From contig JAKLZA010000010.1 of NCBI GenBank assembly GCA_030704615.1, positions 62,001-126,000 on the forward strand: a DNA stretch of 64,000 nucleotides, written 5' to 3'. The DNA comes from Takakia lepidozioides. Taxonomy: Eukaryota; Plantae; Bryophyta. Positions 1 to 10,555 of this stretch are shown here, piece after piece (the stretch's first letter is position 1; each line of letters begins with the position of its first letter). The notes under the pieces were generated by a model. That model saw only the letters and a list, made by a program, of their open reading frames with translations, was not told where the DNA came from and searched no databases. The position numbers and the translations under genes were made by a program.

Positions 1-6
1 CCTACT

Positions 7-1010
7 TTGTTCAAAGATGTACACAAGTATTGTCAGAGTTGTGATGAATGTCAGAGGCTAGGACCTTTGCAGAGATCTGGGAAAATGGCTTTGCATCCTA
101 CAATGCCTACGGAACCATTTCAGAAATGGGGACTAGACTTTGTTGGACCAATTAACCCACCAGCCAAGAATACACAGAACAGGTACATAATTACAGCCAC
201 TGATTATACTACGAAGTGGGTGGAAGCTAAAGCTTTGAGGGACAACACAGCCAAGTCCACAGCAAGGTTTCTGTATGAGAACATACTTACACGATTTGGC
301 TGTCCCTTGGAATTTATCAGTGATCAGGGAAGTCACTTCATTAATGAGACCATTGAATTGTTGACTAAAGAGTTCATGATTGTGCATAGGAAGAGTACAA
401 CATATTACCCACAGGGTAATGGGCAGGCAGAGGCTACCAACAAAATACTATGTACTATCTTGGCTAAGATAGTCAATGCAAACAGAACGGATTGGGATAC
501 AAAGCTGCTGACAGCTTTGTGGTCATACAGGACTTCATATAAAGTCACCACTAAGTATACACCATTCCAATTAGTTTATGGTATGGAAGCTTTACTTCCA
601 GTGGAATTCCTGTTACCTACCATGAGAACGGAATGGGGAAAGAGAATGGAATTGCAAGATTCCATTAAGGTCAGGAAACATGAATTATACCATGTGGAAG
701 AAGTACGTGCTGATGCAGCTGATAATATGACCAGAATTCAGATGAAGAGAAAGAACAGTTTGATGAAGGCAAGTTAAAGACTTTTAAGACGGGAGATTTG
801 GTTCTATGGTTGCAGAAGAAGGGAAAGATTAAAGCTTCTAAGCTTAAATCACCATGGAAAGGACCTTATGTCATACAAAAGATGTATGATAACAACACCG
901 CCATGTTACAAACCATTAACAAAGAAATGCTGGGAAGAGTCAATGCCAATAAGTTGAAGGGGTACAGTGGTATCCATGACAAACCATTGCAGCATGATTT
1001 GCATGTTGAA
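7..1010 (+). CDS. Retrotransposon integrase (C-terminal part of pol), frameshifted near 775
   Basis: CxxC end of the HHCC finger, WGLDFVGP, ISDQGSHF and PQGNGQAE (DDE core) in ORF 7-777. The GPY motif WKGPY continues in ORF 798. Confidence 0.92.
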
Positions 1011-1105
1011 ACGCAAAAGCAGTCACGGGCTGCGCCAGTGTTACCAACGGAGTATGGAGCACTTGTCGCTAGGCCGAGCATATATGACCAGGGCGGGCAG
1101 AACAA

Positions 1106-1438
1106 GCGCGACACAGCCTATCACAGCCCATCAAGGCGCGACACAGCCTATCACAGCCCATCAAAGCGCGACACAGCCTATCACAGCCCATCAAAGCGCG
1201 ACACAGCCTATCACAGCCCATCACGGCGCGACACGACCTATCACAGCCCATCACGGTGTGACACAGCCTATCACAGCCCATCACGGTGCGATACAGCATA
1301 TCACAGCCCAGCACGAAGCAATACAGCCTATCACAACCTACCACAGCGTGTCACAGCCTATCACAGCTTACCACAGTGTATCACAGCCTATCACGGCATA
1401 CCACAGTATGACACAGCCTGTCACAGCTTAACACAGCC
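1106..1438 (+). repeat. 30-bp tandem repeat, ~11 units, degenerating toward the 3' end (CGCGACACAGCCTATCACAGCCCATCAAGG)
   Basis: Directly visible; translates as RDTAYHSPS repeats. Confidence 0.95.
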
Positions 1439-1924
1439 TACTAGGGTTACACAATCCATAGAATCAGTGACAGGTGGACGCAGGATAACTTCAGGAAATG
1501 GCCGGCGGAAGAAAGGACGGAAGCCAGTTTAGAAAGGACACGTGGAAGTCAGGGCGCAACACACAGCTGAGAAGGAAGTGCAAGAACAGATGTCATCAAG
1601 AAAGAGGACAAGAATGGCCGTCAAAATACCTAATCAGCGCGTCAAATTGGATGAATGGCGGGCCCATTAATGAATACAGAAAAGGGGCAACAGAACAAAC
1701 GGCAAGTACAGAAAAGCAAATTCTTGTCACATGTGTTATCCTAGTGGACAGTCCAGCAGGGAAAGTCCACTAAAGAAAATTCTAAAATCCAGTCACAGCG
1801 GTTACAGCCAATCGAAAGCCAGAGAAGGGATCAAGAAATTGGAGGGAAATTAAGCGCAAGAGTCGGCGTCGTTCTAAACGGGCGTCTCGACGGGACAAAC
1901 CATCAATGCTATAGCTTTGAAGCT

Positions 1925-4690
1925 ATGGAGGAACTAACAGACTATACGCTCGCAATATTACTTACGCAGTGGCATAGGGACGAAAGAACAGAGCGGATCT
2001 TTTCTCTTGATCGATGCTTGCAAGCCCCGCAGGCTTACAAGAAATTACCCATAGCTTTTTGTGGCAACCATACGTTTATGCTTTGTGCACTACAGGCATT
2101 TCTTCAATTGTTACAGCCAAAACATTTCTGTGGGTCTAGAATGAAGAGAGTGAGAGGAATGGAGGAAATCAGGGTGAAGAGCACCACAATCCTGCAGAAA
2201 CAAACGATTGCTACTCCACAGGCGATACAGTTACTGAAGGAGCTGAGATTGCAAGGATTGCAAAGCAAAGATTGGACATTGCACCATAGACAGTACATGT
2301 TACAATTCTTGCAGAACTTTGAGCCAAGGACAGGAGCAACAACGGTGAAGGGAGTTGAATTAGTAATTACTCCCCTATACCTACAGCAATTGTTTCGATT
2401 GCCAGCAGGTCAGGTGCATGTGGAGGAGCACAGGGCAAGACTGCAAATAGGGGACTTATTCCAAGAAGGGAGTTTCTTTAAAACTCAGGGTTATGCTTGT
2501 ACCAAGGCCGTGTACCCAGGGCTAAGGGAGGTAGGCCAGGTATTGAACGTTCTGTTTGCCATGAAACAGAACCAACAGTATTTGAGCAGATCCTTCACAG
2601 AGGAAATACTCAAAGCCCTGAGAGGAGAAGAGGTAGAATGGGCGGACATAATGTACAACGCACTGGTAGAGGAGATGAAAAGATTACAGGGTACTGCCGC
2701 AAAGTCTCCTATCATAGTGTCTGGCCCAATCATTGCTCAAATAATTCTTGATTCTGGCATACTTGATGCTCGAGAAAGAAAGGAGATGGGAGTGTTTGAG
2801 CCAGAAACCACTGCAATGGAAGAGCAAGGCTCTTCACACAGTGAGGGTGGACTGGCAGGGCAACCCGAGAATAAGAGACAGAGGCGGGGAAAGACTGTAG
2901 TGGCGGATCCACTGGCTTCACGGAATCCGCATGATAATGTTTCCCAAGTTTTTGTGCAGGAAGGGGCACAGCAGCACAGAGAACTGCTATTACTGGAAGC
3001 AGGACCTTCAGAGAGGGAAGAGGAAGTTACTTCAGTATCACAGCCATCACAGCCAGAGGATCGGCTTGTCACAAGGTTACCACAAGTTGTCCATGCAGTT
3101 CAACCAGAAATAATTGATTTAGAAAAAGAAGGGTTAGATATTCCCACTACAGAACAGGTGGTGGCAGAAATTGAGAAGGGGGACCTTCTCTATGAATATT
3201 CTGGTATGGTCAAGGACACAGTGATTCCGGAGGTGCAACGGTTGTCCAAGGGAAACCCTGCGGCGCATATAATACACACACCTGTGACGGAGGTACCACA
3301 GGTAGAATGTCAAGACACTGCAGCACCAGTGACGGATGAAGTGGTTCAGGAAGAAAATCTGGTGGGGCAATGGCCTGAATGGTTCGTAAGGCATCACACT
3401 GTTGAGGATCAGGGAGAACAGCAGCAAGCTCACCAAGATGACCCTCAACAGGCTATGCTTATGAGTTCCATAAGCAGGACACTGAATTTGTTGGGTACTT
3501 ATGTCAAATCCCATGTTCCCACTACTCAATTGGCAGCTTTGAGGGAGGAACTCAGGAAAGAGTTTGAGGCTCGACTTGCCACAGAGTGTGCAAACAAGGT
3601 CGATGAAGAGGTCACTCTCAAAATGCAGCAAGACTTGGAGAGTACAGAAGCGGCTTTGCAATTGGCCAAGGAACAATTGATTGAGGCAGGCCTCGCACAA
3701 GACCACTTGCACGAAGCACATAAGCAACAGCTATACCAAATGCAGGTGAAGCATGAAAGCAAGTTGCAAGAAGTGAATGCACTACATATGGAGTTGCATG
3801 ACAGGATGGCCATACAATGTGCTACACTCACAACTATGCTTGACCAATCTACAAAAGAAATAAACAGTCAAGCGGAAAAATGTACGAAGGCAGAGGAAGA
3901 GAATGTTGAGCAAATGAAACTCATTGTCGATATGAAGAATACAATCTGTCGCAATGAGGATACTTTCAAGCAATACAGGCAGGTTGAAGCTGACCAAGAG
4001 AGGCACATCCTGGAGTTGCAACAAACGGTCATGGCCAATAGAAATGAAATCTCGGTCACTAACAAGGCTTGGAAGGAAGCCAATAATCTGCTTGCTGCCT
4101 ATGCGAATTTGGTTGAACCTCATGCGAAGCGCATGGAGGCTTTACAACAGCAGTTAGATGTGTACAAACTCAGAGAGGAGCACACTCTCAGAGGAACCAC
4201 AAGCAACTTGGTGGATAACCACCTTATGCAGGTCTGGTTAGCACAAGGGCCAGTGGAGGGCAAAGCACCACGAAAGCTCACCCAAAGCGAGATGAATGAG
4301 CTCAGACTGCAAGTGCAGAACATTGCCACAACTACTATAGACAATGTCTATAGTAGGATAGCGGAGTTACAGGAGGATGTAGACGGCCTGCAGACTCAAG
4401 TGGAGGACCTCACTTCAAATATCGACAAAAGAGTCTATATACCTGAGGAACAGCTAATGGCTTCTTATTTACAAGCCAGAACTTTGGCTTTTCAGTCTTC
4501 TTCACAGCAGGTGCAGGAGATGCCAATGATACAAGAGCCAGTGCCACCAACACCACAACAAGTCACTGTGCCAGTAGCTGACCCTGTTGTTACTACAGCC
4601 ACACCACAGCCACCACAGCCTGAGGTATGGGGAATGCTGCTTTTAACCCACCTAAAACTCCAGCTGCAAGGGAGTACAGTAGGGCTATGA
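1925..4690 (+). CDS. Retrotransposon accessory ORF, 921 aa: N-terminal plant-mobile/Athila-ORF-like region plus a long coiled coil
   Basis: Long open frame between integrase and PPT; E/Q/L heptad-rich C-terminal half. The family assignment is by eye only. Confidence 0.6.
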   Translation: MEELTDYTLAILLTQWHRDERTERIFSLDRCLQAPQAYKKLPIAFCGNHTFMLCALQAFLQLLQPKHFCGSRMKRVRGMEEIRVKSTTILQKQTIATPQAIQLLKELRLQGLQSKDWTLHHRQYMLQFLQNFEPRTGATTVKGVELVITPLYLQQLFRLPAGQVHVEEHRARLQIGDLFQEGSFFKTQGYACTKAVYPGLREVGQVLNVLFAMKQNQQYLSRSFTEEILKALRGEEVEWADIMYNALVEEMKRLQGTAAKSPIIVSGPIIAQIILDSGILDARERKEMGVFEPETTAMEEQGSSHSEGGLAGQPENKRQRRGKTVVADPLASRNPHDNVSQVFVQEGAQQHRELLLLEAGPSEREEEVTSVSQPSQPEDRLVTRLPQVVHAVQPEIIDLEKEGLDIPTTEQVVAEIEKGDLLYEYSGMVKDTVIPEVQRLSKGNPAAHIIHTPVTEVPQVECQDTAAPVTDEVVQEENLVGQWPEWFVRHHTVEDQGEQQQAHQDDPQQAMLMSSISRTLNLLGTYVKSHVPTTQLAALREELRKEFEARLATECANKVDEEVTLKMQQDLESTEAALQLAKEQLIEAGLAQDHLHEAHKQQLYQMQVKHESKLQEVNALHMELHDRMAIQCATLTTMLDQSTKEINSQAEKCTKAEEENVEQMKLIVDMKNTICRNEDTFKQYRQVEADQERHILELQQTVMANRNEISVTNKAWKEANNLLAAYANLVEPHAKRMEALQQQLDVYKLREEHTLRGTTSNLVDNHLMQVWLAQGPVEGKAPRKLTQSEMNELRLQVQNIATTTIDNVYSRIAELQEDVDGLQTQVEDLTSNIDKRVYIPEEQLMASYLQARTLAFQSSSQQVQEMPMIQEPVPPTPQQVTVPVADPVVTTATPQPPQPEVWGMLLLTHLKLQLQGSTVGL

Positions 4691-5328
4691 TTATGCCCTT
4701 CAACCAAATTCCCATTGTGTTGGATTTGGCTTGGAAAGAATTTAGTCCTCCGCAGTCATTGGCACATTACTATCAAATCATGCGCATTTGGCTGCCAGTG
4801 GCAACTAGGACTAAAGTTCTTCCGAACAATCGACCAATTGAGGATCATCACTTTGCACAGTACTGGCATGAGGCAGGTACCATGTTGAAGGAATTAATTG
4901 CCTTCCAAGTTGTACATGGATTCATTTATACCAAGACCAAGGAGGTAGCAAGTATTGTCATGGGATGCGGGTTATACTACGCTGCTTGTTTTCTGGTACG
5001 TTATCACATTGAGCAGCACAAGATGCAATCGCGCTTTCTGAGTTATTCCAGTGGGGATCATTGGGTCTTACCTTCAGTGCCACCTCATATGTACCTATAT
5101 GAGGCAAAAGTTATGATACAAAAGGATTCTCAAATTCGTTCATGGTTTCATGCGGCCTGGAACAATTTGTCAACACAGAAATTCGGCCTTGATGATATTT
5201 TCTTTAAGGGACATGAGGCATGGAAATACTTGCACAATTCACAAGTCATTGGTACCCCACTCACCTGGACAGACAAGGAGCTCAGGGTCTTCACAATTTT
5301 GCCATTCAGCGTTTACAACAAGTTTTAA
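4627..5328 (+). CDS. Second accessory ORF, or frameshifted C-terminus of 1925-4690; unknown function
   Basis: 233-aa globular-looking aromatic-rich ORF; an in-frame ATG at 4687 overlaps the upstream stop (ATGA). Confidence 0.5.
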   Translation: MGNAAFNPPKTPAAREYSRAMIMPFNQIPIVLDLAWKEFSPPQSLAHYYQIMRIWLPVATRTKVLPNNRPIEDHHFAQYWHEAGTMLKELIAFQVVHGFIYTKTKEVASIVMGCGLYYAACFLVRYHIEQHKMQSRFLSYSSGDHWVLPSVPPHMYLYEAKVMIQKDSQIRSWFHAAWNNLSTQKFGLDDIFFKGHEAWKYLHNSQVIGTPLTWTDKELRVFTILPFSVYNKF

Positions 5329-5708
5329 AATATAAACTTCCAGACATGGTAGGACAACATTGTATGCCCCAGAGGATTCCACAAAAAGTTCGACAATTAA
5401 AACACCTGAGAGGCGATGAGGATTCTGATACAACTGTTTCTTCAGCGGATTCTTTTGACATGGGAGAAGACTATGCAATTCAGATGGCAGAGAAGAAGCG
5501 ACGGGGGTCTCCTATGCCTGAAAGGTTACCTCGATATCAGCCTCCAGAGGGCCTCACATATCCAGGTAGTGTTCAATCATCTCCGTCAACCAGTGACAGA
5601 CCTCGGGCTCGTACACACAGTCCGCCACGAAACTCTCAACGTCAGAAAGGTGCTCGCTCACAAAGGTTTGCTAATCCCAATCAGTAAACCGTGAGGACAC
5701 GGCTTTTT

Positions 5709-5722
5709 GAGAGGGGAAGGGG
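5709..5722 (+). promoter_or_regulatory. Polypurine tract (plus-strand primer)
   Basis: GAGAGGGGAAGGGG, 3 nt before TGTTAG. Confidence 0.75.
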
Positions 5723-5725
5723 TAA

Positions 5726-6504
5726 TGTTAGAGGACTGTCTGGGACTTAGACACTTATACGGGATCTGTGGGGTACCCTTAATTTTGCACAGACTGAGAC
5801 CAACAGGAGCCTTAGGGGTGACAGCAGCGCACTTTAGGGGGGTTACACAGCCCGTCACAGCCCCCGACACAGCCAACACAGTCGTCACAGTCCGACACAG
5901 CCACACAGCCAGTCACAGCCCAACACAGTCGCACAGCCACTCACAGCCTGACACAGCCGGTCACAGCCCATCACAGTTTCACACAGCCAGTCACAGCTTG
6001 ACACAGCTGTCACGACCATAGGGAACGGATAGCAGGACAGGGAACGACTGTGGGGAACAACACCTGCGAATGGAACATGTTAGTTCACGGATGACGGTTA
6101 GTGAGGGAAACGGTTAGAACAACGGGTAGGAAGATAAAGCCAGGAGTAAGGACTGGAAAAGGATCGATTCTTGGATCACTTCGGGGGGGGGGGGGATTTC
6201 GGACATCACTGGGGGAAATGAGGAGAGAGCGTATCTCTGAGCAGAAAGAGGAGAGCACGGAGTAGGAGGAGGATCTGTTGATGCTTAATTAATGCAGGCA
6301 GTAGAATTGTAATGTAGAGCAGATTAGAGACTCCATGGCTTCAGCCTGATACTTGATAGATATTAATCTGATACACACTTCATACTCACACTGTGTAGAG
6401 AGATTTGAGTGAAGCTGTGGAATGAATGGATGAGTTGATGGAATCCGATAGATTGATGAAGCAAACTGATACTTAATTACCAACAGTAAGGTAACTAGCT
6501 AACA
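5726..6504 (+). repeat. 3' LTR (~780 bp) containing degenerate CACAGCC repeats
   Basis: Starts TGTTAG after the PPT; the matching CTAACA ends at 6504 (alternative end CAACA at 6485). The partner LTR is not in the window. Confidence 0.6.
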
Positions 6505-6599
6505 TGAATGTGGGAAGGAAAACAAATAGGAAACACCCCCATGATACACTAGCTGTAGGTCATGACTGATTGTTCTGAGCGGGCTGAGTACTTAGAGAT

Positions 6600-8160
6600 T
6601 TCCAACTCTTCTATCTTGGAGTTTCCGCCTCGGATAGCGAAGGGATGGGTGAGTAAAAGCCGCGCGACAGGAGCTCAGCCTTATCAGGTGAGAGAACATC
6701 CTTTGGGCCGGGTTTGGGACAGTACCAGAGTAAGGTTGTGAATGAGAGCTTTTTGGCAATGATGGAATCCAGAAAGTCCACATTCAAAGGGGAGAAATCT
6801 AAAGCATGGGACATCTTGGTTTTTTCTTGACTCGGGTTTCCACACATCACTTTACTCCCATCTTCAATGTTTTGGGCTTTCCAATGGTTTCGAATTGGAA
6901 GCTAACTGTGACATTGTGTTTTGTTTTGTGGCCCAGGTCACAAAAAGGCCTGAGGGGGTGAATGGTAGCCAACAATCTTACGCAACAGACCTCGTGGTGC
7001 TTGACATTCCGGATGGTTTGCCAGTCCCCGATGTCCTCTTTTCAAATGCCACACCTTCCTGGAACAAATCGGATGCTCGTTTCTGGCAGTGGGTTTTCTC
7101 TTTCAATAACAAATTTCTTTTTGACGCAGGGGCTCTCATGCAGGCAAAGGACATGTTGGCTCGCAGAACTCTCTTCAGCTACATGAAGTCTTCCGGGTTT
7201 TGGGTCATCAAAATGTGGACATGCATCAACACCCTTCCTCTTTCGAAAGGGGAGTTCCCTGGGCAAAAGAGGAATTGTTCTCTCTAAATGACACTTTTCG
7301 GTGTTTCGTGTTCCATTCATATTTTTTAGTTTTGCTTGCGTAATTGATTCTATGGGCTTTTCTTGCAGACTCGGGTGTTTGAAGCTTTGTGCTTGGTGAG
7401 GTTGCGGAAGGACACCCTTCCTCCTTTCATTCCTGAGTTCCAGTTGAGGGACCTTGCAGCTCACATCGACCCCAACTGTGAGTCTGTGGAGGAGGATGTG
7501 GTTTTCAATTACGTGGATTCTTGAAAAGGTCGCATGGTGTCCCTTGGAGAGGTGCTCGGGAGAAATCCCCAGCTTTCATGCAGACTCTGGTGGAGACATG
7601 CAGCCGGTACGGTTGGCGGGTGGTGTACTTGTCTATGGGCACAGCTGGGCTGCCTCTTGTTGCCCAATTCTCAACTGTAAGAGCTTCAATTTGTTTTGCG
7701 GCATTGTGTTTTACCTTTAAGTTTTGGCTGGAATTGCAGGTGCATATTTCCATGCCTGCAAGAGCGCCGACAGACACTTCTTCGGCATGGAGGGGGATGC
7801 AAAGCTCTTTTCGAGCGAGCTTGAATAGCTAACCTCTGGCTCAACATCAGCCCCCTGCACGGAGGCAGTTTTTGAGGAGACCTTCTGACGAAGATCTGGA
7901 CGTTGACTCTGATTTTGAGTGTGAGTAAGTCCTATTTGTTGTCGTGCGGGTGGGTGATGCATTTCCTTGCTTGTTTGCTTGTCGTGCATTCCAATGCAGT
8001 GACTTCTGACACCATTTGGGTTGGTTCATTTCAGAGTACCGCACCATTCATCGGCGCCATCCTTGCGGTTTTGAAGGATACAACTTGTCTCCAAGTCCAC
8101 CCCATGGTTTCCACTTGCCTATTTACGCGGAGGCATGCGCACGTGTCTTGTCCCAGTAGT
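6600..8160 (+). pseudogene. Diverged relic (family C) of the MULE-borne methyltransferase-like gene
   Basis: Motifs colinear with families A/B: VVNESFLA, DLVVLDIPDG...PSWN, PNCESVEEDVVFNYV, KSPAFMQTLVETC, VVYLSMGT, DRHFFGMEGD, FHLPIYA. Contains stops and frameshifts. Confidence 0.75.
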
Positions 8161-8859
8161 CGGCTTGTTCTCCTCCCAAGGGGGGCCGTGGCAGGAAAAA
8201 AACGTTGCTATCGGGCTAGGATATATGTAGATGACATTGCTACGTCCGTGTCTGGAAATAGTTCCTCTGGAGCCTCGGGTTGTTGAGGGAGTAGATGAAA
8301 ACTGGCTTAATAAATGGTGTTTTGGATTACAAGTGTTGCCATCCCTATTCTACTGCCATGTCTCCATGTATTCGTAGACTCAATACCTTCCATGAAAAAT
8401 GCGACATATTTTAGAACCAAAAATTTCGAACATAAAAGGTGGATGAAGATTGGTGTTTCCGGAATGGACTCGATGTTTTCTTACGTTGCAGATGAATTTG
8501 CAAGTTTCCACATTATTACAGAGAACGCATGGTATTTTGGGATGTTGGCCTTCAACTTCGGAATTTTCCCATTTGCATTGCTCTCGTGATTTGTCATCCG
8601 TCCTGAATGTGGATGGGGAAGGAACCTTCCCAAATGATAAAGGTGGGCAACCGCAAGCGCTGCAATCGACTTTCCTTCCGCGGACCTAGAGGCCATCCAC
8701 GGAATTGGGTGCTCTACGTTCGAAAGAATGCTGACGTGGCGTGAGCCCACCTGCGCTCACGTGGCCACACTCACGCGGAAGCATTGCCCGTGCACTGAGT
8801 GCCACCCAGATGATTCTGGGATCAAATCCTGCTACTTGAAGGGTGTGGTATGCTCTTTT

Positions 8860-9707
8860 TCGCAAGACCACTCGGTGGCATTTCCGCCCCTCCTACAATC
8901 CTTGTCTGCACACACCCTCTCAAAGAATGAGACCATATTCTGAAATCCTGGGGTGTCGGAAGGCTCTTCGGCAGTCGCCTTCTTTAGTGCTCTGCCCTTC
9001 AGACCCTCCATGGTCTTCATGTATGCCAACTTGGATGCCCGTCCATCCAAAACCGCCAAGAAACTCTCATTTACACACTGGACTACTGTTTCGGGAGCCT
9101 CTTTCGGCCTCTTCATTTCCACCGGCTCGAAAGGGTGCCCCCCTGGGGGGTTGAAGAGTGCCTTCTTTGCCAAGCCAGTTCTCGTGCCACAGGGGAGGCA
9201 GCCTGTGTTTGGGGGGGTGGGCTGGTTGCAAAGTCTCCATCGGAGTCCTCTTCCTCACCCTCTTCCTGAACAGGCTGTTTCTGCTTCTTCGTTTTAGCGG
9301 GTGTCACAACAGCTGCTCCTTGCTGGCGAGTCCTCTTCTTCGACCCCTTCTGTTGGGCCTGCACAGCTGCATCCACCGTCTTTTGTGCCATCTCAGCTGC
9401 CTTTCTGGATTCTTCCAGAGCAGCAGATTCCTTTGCCGACTTTGGCCCAGCAGGGACACGTCTTTCCTTTCTTCTCTTCTGCCCAAGGCGTGCAGATCTT
9501 TCTCAGACTCGTCAACAATACCGCCAGACATGTCCAGGTACATGGGCATCCAACGAGATGCGCGGATGCCATTGTTTCTGCATCTCGGGTGTGTAGACAC
9601 AGCTTGGGCCCGCCACGGTCCAAGCCATGAAGAACGGGGGCTCTTGAGCCAGGGCCCCTGTCTGCACGTATTTCATATACCTGCAAGGCAGTCAGCATGC
9701 GTGAGCA
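8860..9707 (-). pseudogene. Internal fragment of the family A ParB-MTase gene (copy A0)
   Basis: Near-identical to 22570-23447 and to ~48020-48892. Confidence 0.9.
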
Positions 9708-9812
9708 GAGGTTTACTATTTCATGAGCAGAAACCATGAGCCATGAGCCATGAGCCGCATGAGCCGCATGAGCGGTGAGCCGAAGTCTAAGATACGCGGA
9801 TTTCATGAGCGG
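9708..9812 (+). repeat. Terminal inverted repeat with tandem CATGAGC motifs (transposase-proximal end)
   Basis: Homology to the host copy breaks exactly here; the same motif occurs at 17769, 33120 (reverse complement) and 51109. Confidence 0.85.
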
Positions 9813-10555
9813 ACTCCTCCAAATTTGGAAATGCGGCAGATTAAACAAGTATAAAATAATAGTTTTTATTTGACCTTGCCGTTTTTGGACGTTCCAGATC
9901 ATGTAATGCGGCGAAGATATGTCGTCAGTAACAAGTCCGCTCATGGTTTTTTAGATCCGCTCATGGAAATAAGTGACCGTGCAACGGGAAATCCAGTATA
10001 CCACTGCAAAAGGACGTCGCATACTGGCCTGTATAGAGTATTCCGCGGTTTTACATGCCTTAACATTGGAATGAAGCTGACCCTTTTGCCGCGATTGAAC
10101 CAATGGAGTCTGCACCAATACAGTTGCAGTACTTCACAATTCTGTCTTCTTCGGGTATTCGGCGGGAAAGGTTTGCAACTGAACTGGGAAATAGGGTGCC
10201 GCATTAGGGTTCGCACGTGCGAAATTTCGGAGCGGTTTGGTGTTGGCGAAGGCCGCCTCTCTAGGGTACCTACGACGATACTTGGAAATGCGGCGCCGCA
10301 TTTCCTTGTCGGAGGTCAAATGAGGAAAGCAAGTTTTCGGAAAGCAGAAAAACATGAACCCTCCAACATACAAAAATACATGCACGTGGAAACAAGTGAA
10401 CGATATAGTAATATCTTAGTTCGAGCAAAACAGGTTACTGGTAGGCAAGACATATGTCGGACTTTGTGTGGCCAGAGTCTGAGGTACTGGCAGCAGTACA
10501 GTTCTACTATCCGAAAAGGATGGGCGTACCATTGTATGTGGACCGCAAGCCAAGC

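Larger units (their letters stand above)
1..6504 (+). mobile_element. 3' portion of a Ty3/gypsy LTR retrotransposon (non-chromovirus, Tat/Athila-like) with extra ORFs between pol and the 3' LTR
   Basis: Integrase ORF at the window start, extra ORFs, polypurine tract at 5709-5722 and then TGTTAG...CTAACA. The 5' part lies outside the window. Confidence 0.85.
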
